A model generated the notes under the pieces. That model searched no databases, was not told the DNA's origin, and saw nothing but the letters and a program-made list of their open reading frames with translations. A stretch of 64,000 nucleotides of DNA from an uncultured Solobacterium sp. (GTDB lineage: Bacteria > Bacillota_I > Bacilli_A > Erysipelotrichales > Erysipelotrichaceae). A program made the position numbers and the translations under genes. Shown here piece after piece: positions 1-7,542 of the stretch (the stretch's first letter is position 1; every line of letters starts with the position of its first letter). The DNA is taken from contig URCJ01000001.1 in NCBI GenBank assembly GCA_900546285.1, forward strand, positions 40,590 through 104,589. The letters run 5' to 3'.

Positions 1-973
1 AGTCTTTTGCGGAAGGCAGGTCTATTTCTTCCTTTTCAGCCATTACTCTTTCAAACTTTTCAAAACCCGCAATACCTTCTTCTAATTGTTCACTGAATTG
101 AACAAGAGTGGTAACTGGTGTGATAAACAAGTTAATTGAGACAATAAATGTTGAATAGTCACCAAAGGTAATTAAACCCTTATATAAGAAGATACCGCCT
201 GATATTAAACAAATGACATTGAAAAAGTCAGTAATAAATGAAGTGCTTGAGTTAAATGTCGCAAAGCTCTTGAAGTGTAATTTTCTAGCTTCAATAAAAT
301 CTTTGTTGTAGCCATCAAACTTTTCCATTTCTAGTTCACTATTGTTGAAGGCCTTAGTTACTCTAATACCACTGATGGAAGATGAGATACCAGCATTGAT
401 GCCCGACATCGCAATCTTGGATTTTCTAGATGCTTCTCTCATCTTTTTCCTAAGTTTCATTGAAATGAAAAATAAGAAAGGTACTGAGGCAAAGATAATC
501 AAAGTAAGATTTAAATTGATAGTTGCCAAGTAAATAAAAGACAAGATAATCATCAAAGTACACATGATGACATTTTCAGGACCATGGTGAGCTAACTCTG
601 ATATTTCAAAGATATCATTAGTTAAATTAGACATGATAGCTCCTGTTTCATGGTTATCGAAGTATGAATAAGGTAATCTTTGAATCTTTCCAAATAATTC
701 CTTACGCATATCTGATTGAATCCTTACACCCATTACATGTCCATAGAATTGAACAAAGTATTTTAATAATGCTCGAACGATGTAAATAACTAATAAGATA
801 ATGCCAAACTTAATGATTAGATCATACTTTGAATTAGGGATGAAATCATTGAGCATGTTTCTTGTGATAATTGGATATACCATGGCACTTAGGGAAATCA
901 AAAATGATGCCAACATGTCTGATATAAATAGTAATTTGTAGGGTTTGTAGTATTTAATAAATTCTTTAAGCAT
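1..973 (-). CDS. ABC exporter-type transporter, N-terminal transmembrane domain (5' part of a gene that continues past the window start)
   Basis: An uninterrupted minus-strand frame runs from the ATG at complement 971-973 to the window edge. It translates to MLKEFIKYYKPYKLLFISDMLASFLISLSAMVYP...GIAGFEKFERVMAEKEEIDLPS, a typical six-helix ABC exporter TMD ending in the pre-NBD linker. It is missing from the ORF track because no stop codon falls inside the window. Confidence 0.6.
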   Translation of the reverse strand, partial: MLKEFIKYYKPYKLLFISDMLASFLISLSAMVYPIITRNMLNDFIPNSKYDLIIKFGIILLVIYIVRALLKYFVQFYGHVMGVRIQSDMRKELFGKIQRLPYSYFDNHETGAIMSNLTNDIFEISELAHHGPENVIMCTLMIILSFIYLATINLNLTLIIFASVPFLFFISMKLRKKMREASRKSKIAMSGINAGISSSISGIRVTKAFNNSELEMEKFDGYNKDFIEARKLHFKSFATFNSSTSFITDFFNVICLISGGIFLYKGLITFGDYSTFIVSINLFITPVTTLVQFSEQLEEGIAGFEKFERVMAEKEEIDLPSAKD

Positions 974-1030
974 GAATAAAATTATAACATTTTTGCGAAT
1001 TTACTCTTATTTAATATAGAATTATTTTAT

Positions 1031-1600
1031 ATGCAGGGATTTTCAGATGAGCTTAAACAAAGAAAAATTAATTTAGTAGCTAACGGGTATGATGCTTATT
1101 GTCTTTTTACAATGACGGGACAAGAAAAGAAATTAGCCAATGAATTAAATAAAGAATATGAATATCTTATTGCGACACCAATGTTTAAAATGGCACATCG
1201 CTCTAAGAATGGTCAAAAATATGATGTAGAAGAATTAATGTTATCTAGCTATGTCTTTTTATATATGCCAAATGATAAAAAACCATTTGAGATTAAATCC
1301 AATTATTATTCTTATAAGCTTCTTTCTTGTAAGAATAATAATGGAAAACTAGTAGGTGGTGACTTAGAATATGCTAAGTGGGTTTTAGAAAACGAAGGTT
1401 TCTTACCAGTTTCAAAAGCTAAAAAAGTTGGTGGTAAGGTTGTTATTATCGATGGTCCACTTAAAGAATTAGAAGGCTATATTGTTGAATATTCTAAAAA
1501 GAATCGTAATTGCCAAGTTGAGTTAGAATTTATGAATCAAAAGACTAAAGTATGGGTTCCTTTTGAATGGATAGATCCTGATTTAGTCGATAATCTTTAA
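1031..1600 (+). CDS. NusG-family paralogue (NGN-like N-terminus plus C-terminal KOW motif), a specialised transcription antiterminator candidate
   Basis: The C-terminus KVGGKVVIIDGPLKELEGYIVEYSKKNRNCQVELEFMNQKTKVWVPFEWI fits the KOW pattern of NusG (GxxVxVxxGPFxGxxGxV...). The N-terminal region YDAYCLFTMTGQEKK resembles the NGN start. There is no obvious RBS and the start is uncertain. Confidence 0.45.
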   Translation: MQGFSDELKQRKINLVANGYDAYCLFTMTGQEKKLANELNKEYEYLIATPMFKMAHRSKNGQKYDVEELMLSSYVFLYMPNDKKPFEIKSNYYSYKLLSCKNNNGKLVGGDLEYAKWVLENEGFLPVSKAKKVGGKVVIIDGPLKELEGYIVEYSKKNRNCQVELEFMNQKTKVWVPFEWIDPDLVDNL

Positions 1601-1897
1601 TTCAACAATATTCTTAAATAAAATCTTTTGTTTAACAATTTGTAACATCTTAGTATCGTAATTAAGTTTGGACAAACGTCCTTCCTTTTTGTAGTACTTA
1701 CCATTGTTAAAATAGATAACAGAGATGTTGTTGCCTATTTCAATTTCATTTATAGTACGATTTAATATTTCATAATCTTCATTGTCTAAGATTCTTTTTT
1801 CAACGACAACTTCTTCCTGCTTTTCAAGAAGCTCTCGATAACCATTCAAGGCATCGAAAGCCATAAAAATTTCTGCTCTAGGCATTGTGTCCTCCAA
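1583..1897 (-). CDS. YolD-like protein (UmuD'-equivalent accessory of Firmicutes Y-family polymerases)
   Basis: 104 aa, encoded immediately downstream of and overlapping the Y-family polymerase gene. The pattern ILDNEDYEILNRTINEIEIGNNISVIYFNNGKYYKKEGRLSKLNYDTKMLQI matches the YolD arrangement (PILDEQQLQEFDEVI...LLFTYYYDGEIHQVQGVVTYIDP...), recalled from memory. Confidence 0.5.
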   Translation of the reverse strand: MEDTMPRAEIFMAFDALNGYRELLEKQEEVVVEKRILDNEDYEILNRTINEIEIGNNISVIYFNNGKYYKKEGRLSKLNYDTKMLQIVKQKILFKNIVELKIID

Positions 1898-3131
1898 TCA
1901 ATTTATTTCTTTTTCTACCAGTTGCCTTATCTAAATAACTGGTTCCTGTTAATATAGCATTCTTACCATATTTTTGTTTAATATAAACCATAGCCTCTTG
2001 TGATTTATGTTCCTTTTCAATTTCTTCAATATCAGTAAATAAATCATATTCGGCATAATATTCATCTTTTAAGTTACCAAAACTAATTCCTATCTTTCTT
2101 ATTGGATAATTAGTATTAATTATTCTTTTGTAAAGTAGGGTGAATTCATTTAAAAGAATCTTATAAGAATTAGTGGTATTACTAATCTTATTACTACCAG
2201 AACTTGCTTTTATTACATCCTTAGAATAGCCGATATATAAGGATATATGATTAGTAACTACATGTTTACTAGTTAGTTCTAAGACATTAGCCTCTACCAT
2301 TTCCTTTAAGACGATATAGGCATCCTTATAGTTGTAGTCTTCAAAAAGAATTTGAGAATTAGATATCGAATTAGCCTTAGGCTTATAAGCCTTGATATCA
2401 CTGATACAAGTATCCTCTTTCCCATAGGCATGGTCTATTAAAGCTTTGGCATTGATGCCAAAGAGTTTATATAAGACATTTTCTGGTGTTTGGGTAACAC
2501 CATATAAGTTATAAACCCCAATGGAAGCTAATCTTTTAACCGTTCCTGGTCCTATCATCCAAAAGTCCGTTAAAGGTTGATGATGCCACAGGGTTTGTTT
2601 AAAAACATCCTCATCTAAGTAGGCAATATTATCGCTTTTATGTTTAGCACAAATATCTAAGGCCACCTTACATAAAAACATGTTAGTTCCTATACCACAG
2701 GTTGCCGTAATTGAAGTAGTCTTATAGATATCATTGATAATCAGTTTGGCAATATCCTTAACCTTTAGTTTATATAAATTAAGATAAGGTGTAACATCGA
2801 TAAAACATTCATCGATAGAATAAACATATACATCTTCTTTACTGATATATTTAAGAATAATCTTATAGATTAAGGCTGAATATTCCATATATAAAGACAT
2901 TCTAGGTGGGGCAATAATATATTCAATATTCTTGGGTATTTCAAAAATACGACCTCTACTTTTAACCCCTAATTTCTTAATTGCTGGGGTAGCTGCTAGA
3001 GTTATGGCACCACCACCTCTATTAGGATCAGCTACTACTAAATTTATTTTAAAAGGATCTAGTCCTCTTTCAGCACATTCAACAGAAGCGTAAAAAGATT
3101 TAAGGTCGATACATAAATATATTCTTTGCAT
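1878..3131 (-). CDS. Y-family (UmuC/DinB/UvrX-like) translesion DNA polymerase
   Basis: The N-terminus MQRIYLCIDLKSFYASVECAERGLDPF...LVVADPNRGGGAITLAATPAIKKLGVKSRGRIFEI carries the canonical Y-family palm motifs (DxxxFYASVE, SRGR). Length is 417 aa. Confidence 0.85.
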   Translation of the reverse strand: MQRIYLCIDLKSFYASVECAERGLDPFKINLVVADPNRGGGAITLAATPAIKKLGVKSRGRIFEIPKNIEYIIAPPRMSLYMEYSALIYKIILKYISKEDVYVYSIDECFIDVTPYLNLYKLKVKDIAKLIINDIYKTTSITATCGIGTNMFLCKVALDICAKHKSDNIAYLDEDVFKQTLWHHQPLTDFWMIGPGTVKRLASIGVYNLYGVTQTPENVLYKLFGINAKALIDHAYGKEDTCISDIKAYKPKANSISNSQILFEDYNYKDAYIVLKEMVEANVLELTSKHVVTNHISLYIGYSKDVIKASSGSNKISNTTNSYKILLNEFTLLYKRIINTNYPIRKIGISFGNLKDEYYAEYDLFTDIEEIEKEHKSQEAMVYIKQKYGKNAILTGTSYLDKATGRKRNKLIGGHNA

Positions 3132-3231
3132 GTCTTTATTATAAGAAAGTAAATTACCAAAACAAGTAAGATTTGGGAAAAAATAAAAAACTTTTATTTA
3201 ATTATTCCTAAATATATGATAAATTTTAGAT

Positions 3232-3822
3232 ATGAGATTGAAAGAACTTTTGATACAGTATGAAACAGACAATGGTAAAGGCCATAATGAAGTAGCTAAG
3301 GAGCTTGGTGTGTCTTTATCAACTTATTATCGTTGGTTAAATGGTGAGAGCACTATGCTTAAAAAAGGTACGATTGAGAAGTTGTCTAAGGTTTTAGATT
3401 ATGATATTGAAACTGTCATCATGCAAGAAGAAAGGATTAAACCGATTGCTGGTTTTGTGAAGGCTGGTTATGACTTGTTGGCTGATGAAAATATAGAAGG
3501 TTATGTAGAACTTGGACAAGCTGATGCCAATAGAGGGGATTATTTTGTAAGAATCTGTGGTGATTCGATGATAGGTTCTCACATCTATGATGGTGATTTG
3601 GTTTATGTTGCTAAGTCTGATACTGTAAGTTCTGGTCAAATTGCGGTTGTACTTGTTGGCGATGAAGTAACTCTTAAGAAAGTCTATTATAAGAACGATT
3701 TGATGATTCTTGAGGCTACTAATCCTGAATATGAGTCAAGGTTTTTTACTAAGCAGGAAATTGTTGATTTACCTGTAAGAATAATGGGCGTTGTGAGATT
3801 TGTAAGAAGAGATTTTAGTTAA
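3232..3822 (+). CDS. LexA-like repressor with XRE-type HTH and S24 peptidase domain
   Basis: N-terminal HTH (GHNEVAKELGVSLSTYYRWLNGES) and C-terminal S24 autoprotease with the Ser/Lys dyad context (VRICGDSMIG...VTLKKVYYKN). It is divergent from the polymerase/yolD pair. Confidence 0.8.
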   Translation: MRLKELLIQYETDNGKGHNEVAKELGVSLSTYYRWLNGESTMLKKGTIEKLSKVLDYDIETVIMQEERIKPIAGFVKAGYDLLADENIEGYVELGQADANRGDYFVRICGDSMIGSHIYDGDLVYVAKSDTVSSGQIAVVLVGDEVTLKKVYYKNDLMILEATNPEYESRFFTKQEIVDLPVRIMGVVRFVRRDFS

Positions 3823-3827
3823 ATAAA

Positions 3828-3851
3828 AGGTGATTTATTCATCACCTTATA
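3828..3851. terminator. Bidirectional stem-loop between convergent lexA-like and ispG genes
   Basis: AAGGTGAT-ttattc-ATCACCTT makes a perfect 8-bp stem flanked by A/T runs on both sides. Confidence 0.45.
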
Positions 3852-4887
3852 ATTTTTCAATCTCTTCTTTTAAGACTCTTACAACATCCTCTTGTGGGAT
3901 AGATCTAATGATTTCGCCTTTCTTAATAAGAAGGGCACAATCCTTACCACCAGCTACACCAATATCAGCACGTTTAGCTTCCAAAGGTCCATTAACTGGG
4001 CAACCCATGATGGCAACGTTGATGTCTTTGTGAACATTTTCAAGATATTTTTCCATTTCTTTAACGATAGGCAACATATCATATTGGATACGACCACAAG
4101 TTGGGCAAGAAATTAAATTGGCAACATCTTTCTTAAGACCACAGTTTCTTAAAAGTTTTTTAGCTACCATGATTTCCTTAACTGGATCATCACTGATAGA
4201 AATTCTAATAGTATCACCAATACCATCTAATAATAGATTGCCTAGGGCTAATGATGATTTGATGGCACTATCGATAAGACCACCAGCTTCAGTAACACCT
4301 AGATGTAAAGGATAATTGAATTCTTTACTAGCTAATTTATAGGCATTGATACATTCGATTGGGTCTGATGATTTAAATGATAGACAAATGTCGTGGAAGT
4401 CATTGGCTTCTAAGATTCTTAAATGGTCTTTTGCACTTTCAATCATCGCTTCTTCTGAGTGTTTGTACTTTTTGTTTAAAGAACCACCATTGATGCCGAT
4501 TCTAATCGGTATATGTCTTTCCTTACATAGGTTAACGATTTCTACAATCTTGTCTTCGTTTTCAATATTACCTGGATTTAATCTAATCTTATCAGTACCA
4601 CTGTTGATGGCAGCTATCGCAAAATCAGGATTAAAGTGAATATCAGATACGATAGGGATGTTGATTTCTTTTTTGATTTCCTTAATCGCCTTAGCATCTT
4701 CTAATTCTAGAATAGCGACTCTGACAATGTCACAACCCGCTTCTTCTAATTCTTTAATTTGTTTAACAGTGGCTTGTACGTCCTTGGTTTTAGTGTTAGT
4801 CATTGATTGGATGACTACTTTGTTTTGGCCACCTATTTGAACACCACCAACATTGATGGGTCTTGTTGTTTCTCTTCTTGTTGTCAT
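3847..4887 (-). CDS. ispG: 4-hydroxy-3-methylbut-2-enyl diphosphate synthase IspG (GcpE)
   Basis: 346 aa, VGGVQIGGQNKVVIQSMTNTKT...CPTCGR; GcpE family signature with C-terminal Fe-S cysteines. The start ATG overlaps the csoR stop (ATGA). Confidence 0.9.
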   Translation of the reverse strand: MTTRRETTRPINVGGVQIGGQNKVVIQSMTNTKTKDVQATVKQIKELEEAGCDIVRVAILELEDAKAIKEIKKEINIPIVSDIHFNPDFAIAAINSGTDKIRLNPGNIENEDKIVEIVNLCKERHIPIRIGINGGSLNKKYKHSEEAMIESAKDHLRILEANDFHDICLSFKSSDPIECINAYKLASKEFNYPLHLGVTEAGGLIDSAIKSSLALGNLLLDGIGDTIRISISDDPVKEIMVAKKLLRNCGLKKDVANLISCPTCGRIQYDMLPIVKEMEKYLENVHKDINVAIMGCPVNGPLEAKRADIGVAGGKDCALLIKKGEIIRSIPQEDVVRVLKEEIEKL

Positions 4888-5141
4888 ACTTGTTTCTCCA
4901 ATGCTTTTATGATTTCATCTACCTTTGACTCATCGCCTGCCAAGATGCCTTCTCTTACACAATTATCAATATGATTTTTAAGAATCAAATTATTAGTTTT
5001 TTTAAGTAATGATCTTGTTGCGGATAATTGGTCTGATACATCAAGACAATAGCGATCTTCGTCAATCATCTTTATTATCCCATCAAGTTGACCTCTTGCG
5101 ATATTAAGATACTTTTTTATCTTATCTTTATCTTTAGTCAT
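4884..5141 (-). CDS. csoR: CsoR-family copper-sensing repressor
   Basis: 85 aa with the x-C-H-C signature (Cys in YCLDV, His/Cys in NHIDNC). Its start overlaps the copA stop by 8 nt. Confidence 0.75.
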   Translation of the reverse strand: MTKDKDKIKKYLNIARGQLDGIIKMIDEDRYCLDVSDQLSATRSLLKKTNNLILKNHIDNCVREGILAGDESKVDEIIKALEKQV

Positions 5142-7458
5142 TAATAATATCCTTGACTTCGTAACCTAATTCTTCAATTGTATCCTTGATTGTTTCATCA
5201 TCTAGTGATGTATTTTTAATATAAGCCTTCTTATCCTCTAGACTAACAGTGGCGTCACATCCCAAACCTGTTAGGGCATCCATTACATGTTTAACACAGT
5301 TTTTGCACATCATTCCTTCAATTAATACAGTTTTGTTCATAAGTTTAATTTCCTCTTTTCTTACATTATATATTCTTAGCGCATTAGCTAACACAAACAT
5401 TGACGATACCCACATGGAAATAGCTCCGATCATGGGATTTAATTTTAGCCCATAACTATTATAGAAAAGTCCTGCCGCAATAGGAATACATACTGTATTG
5501 TAACCTAGTGCCCAGAATAAATTTTCTTTGATGATTCTAAAAGTTTTCTTGCTCAAATCATAAAGAAATGAAATATCATTTAAATCGTTTTTCATTAAGA
5601 TGACATCAGAACTAGCACTAGCTATATCACTGGCATTTTTAATAGTAATAGAAACATCAGCTGCTGATAGGGCAATAGAATCATTAACACCATCACCAAC
5701 CATAGCCGTTATTCCTTTTTGACTTAAGACCAACTCATTTTTATCTTCTGGTTTTACTTCATATTTGTAATCTTTAATCTTTAATAAGTTAGCTATTTTA
5801 GTAGCTGCTATCTTATTATCACCAGTGCACATAATCGGATTGATATTTCTTTTCTTTAGATTCTCTATGGCAATTTTTGAAGTATCTCTTAGAATATCAC
5901 TTAAATAGACAATACCCATTAATTCGTCATTTTTACTTAGGGCAATAGATGAATAGTTGTTCTCTTCGATGTTGACCAGTTTACTATTGCCTACTAAGTA
6001 GATATCATCACCTTTAATGGCTTTAACGCCAAGTCCTGGAATAAAAGTGATTGAATCAAAAGTAATATTGCCATCAGGATATTTATCTACTATCGCTTTG
6101 GCAATAGGGTGATTTTGACTCTTTTCAATCGAAGATAAATAATTGATAAATTCATCATCGATAATTTTAGTTTCTACCACATTCAATTTATTTTGAGTTA
6201 GGGTGCCTGTCTTATCAAAGATAACTGTATCTAACTTACCAGCTACTTCTAAGATTTCTGGTTTTTTGATTAGAATACCTTGTTGAGCACTTCTTCCAGT
6301 GGCTACCGCAATGGCAGCTGGTGTTGCTAGTCCTAGGGCACAAGGGCAACTGATTACTAGTACTGATAGGGCAAAGTTAAGACTTAGTTCCATGTTTTTA
6401 CTGATAATCATCCAGATTATAAAGGTAATAAGTGAGATGCCAATTACTGTAAACACAAAGTATTTAGAGATATTGTCCGCAAATCTTTCAACTGGAATCT
6501 TTTCATTACTTGCTTTTTTAGTTAGATTAATAATCTTAGAAAGAACCGTAGTACTAGCACTCTTGGTTACTTGTACGTTGATAGTGCCTAAGGTATTAAT
6601 GGTTCCTCCAATTACCTCATCACCAATTGTCTTATTTACTGGTAAAGATTCACCAGTAATCATCGATTCATCGATTGATGAGCTACCATTTATGATTACA
6701 CCATCTCTTGGTACTGATTCTCCTGGTTTGATGATGACAATATCATCCTTTTTTAAATCGTTGATAGATATTAATTCTTCCTTGCCATCTTTTAATAAGT
6801 GAGCATTCATAGGTATTAAAGTGGTCAAGCCTCTAATGATTTTAGTAGTCTTAGCTTTAGTGTTACCTTCGATATATTTGCCTAATTTGACAATAGTAAT
6901 TGTCATGGCTGCTGTTTCAAAATATAGATGATAAGAAGTATCGCCTAGATTAATCTTATATAGAGCATATATTGAATAGATAAATGAGACAGTGCTTGAT
7001 AGGGCAACAAGGGAGTCCATGTTAGGGCTTAATGATGATAATGCCTTGAAGCCTGATTTGAAGGTGTGGATATTAATCATTATGACTATTGAGGCTAATA
7101 TCATTTGAAATAATTGGTTTAGACTAATGCCAACCATCATATCAGGATCGATACTATTGTCCATTTTCATCATTGATAGACACATTAGGATAATGGATAA
7201 GATAATAGAGATAATTAAATATAATTTATCTTTATTAAGTTTCTTTTCCTTGTTTAGTAATAATTTGTAACCTGCCTTATCTACTACTTCTTCTAATGTT
7301 GTTTCATTTACTTTGGTTTCATCAAAGTCTATAGTAACTTCGTTGTCTAGAAGATTAACTACAGCATTATTGACACCGCTTGTCTTGTTTAAAGCTTTTT
7401 CAACATTGGCTTTGCATATAACACAGGTCATTCCTTTGACTTCATATGTTTTTTCCAT
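5134..7458 (-). CDS. copA: Cu+-exporting P1B-type ATPase with HMA metal-binding domains at both N- and C-termini
   Basis: GMTCVIC near the N-terminus and the CPC transmembrane motif (SCPCALGLATP); DKTGTLT, TGDN and GDGVNDS P-type motifs; a second GMMCKNC HMA domain at the extreme C-terminus. Confidence 0.9.
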   Translation of the reverse strand: MEKTYEVKGMTCVICKANVEKALNKTSGVNNAVVNLLDNEVTIDFDETKVNETTLEEVVDKAGYKLLLNKEKKLNKDKLYLIISIILSIILMCLSMMKMDNSIDPDMMVGISLNQLFQMILASIVIMINIHTFKSGFKALSSLSPNMDSLVALSSTVSFIYSIYALYKINLGDTSYHLYFETAAMTITIVKLGKYIEGNTKAKTTKIIRGLTTLIPMNAHLLKDGKEELISINDLKKDDIVIIKPGESVPRDGVIINGSSSIDESMITGESLPVNKTIGDEVIGGTINTLGTINVQVTKSASTTVLSKIINLTKKASNEKIPVERFADNISKYFVFTVIGISLITFIIWMIISKNMELSLNFALSVLVISCPCALGLATPAAIAVATGRSAQQGILIKKPEILEVAGKLDTVIFDKTGTLTQNKLNVVETKIIDDEFINYLSSIEKSQNHPIAKAIVDKYPDGNITFDSITFIPGLGVKAIKGDDIYLVGNSKLVNIEENNYSSIALSKNDELMGIVYLSDILRDTSKIAIENLKKRNINPIMCTGDNKIAATKIANLLKIKDYKYEVKPEDKNELVLSQKGITAMVGDGVNDSIALSAADVSITIKNASDIASASSDVILMKNDLNDISFLYDLSKKTFRIIKENLFWALGYNTVCIPIAAGLFYNSYGLKLNPMIGAISMWVSSMFVLANALRIYNVRKEEIKLMNKTVLIEGMMCKNCVKHVMDALTGLGCDATVSLEDKKAYIKNTSLDDETIKDTIEELGYEVKDIIND

Positions 7459-7469
7459 AAATATTCTCC

Positions 7470-7486
7470 ATACCCCCTAGGGGTAT
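7470..7486. promoter_or_regulatory. GC-rich inverted repeat ATACCCCCTAGGGGTAT, candidate CsoR operator upstream of copA
   Basis: Near-perfect palindrome about 12 bp upstream of the copA start. It resembles the Bacillus copZA CsoR operator (TACCC...GGGTA type, from memory) and stands out as a GC-rich island in AT-rich intergenic DNA. Confidence 0.55.
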
Positions 7487-7542
7487 TTTTATTGTATTTC
7501 TATATAGCGCATGAGTCAATTATTTTTTTGTATAATTGATAT

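Noticed and set aside
3394-3639. Antisense or alternative-frame ORFs embedded in well-supported genes (e.g. 3394-3639, 3830-4033, 3892-4116, 4118-4840 set, 5249-5455, 6299-6802, 10066-10341, 10632-10874, 14359-14583, 15296-15601, 16007-16288, 16670-16921, 18191-18406, 20960-21181, 22031-22246, 23430-23642, 29629-29922, 30417-31871 set, 36809-37003, 38279-38746 set, 39906-40118, 43396-43650, 46845-47063, 49116-49340, 49715-49933, 50198-50699 set, 53227-53469, 54824-55036, 55397-55750, 56222-56948 set, 57647-57853, 58919-59394 set, 61274-62335 set, 62734-62928).
   Set aside because: All lie fully inside, or opposite to, longer ORFs with clear homology-type signatures. Their translations are low-complexity or hydrophobic nonsense typical of AT-rich shadow frames, and they lack RBSs.
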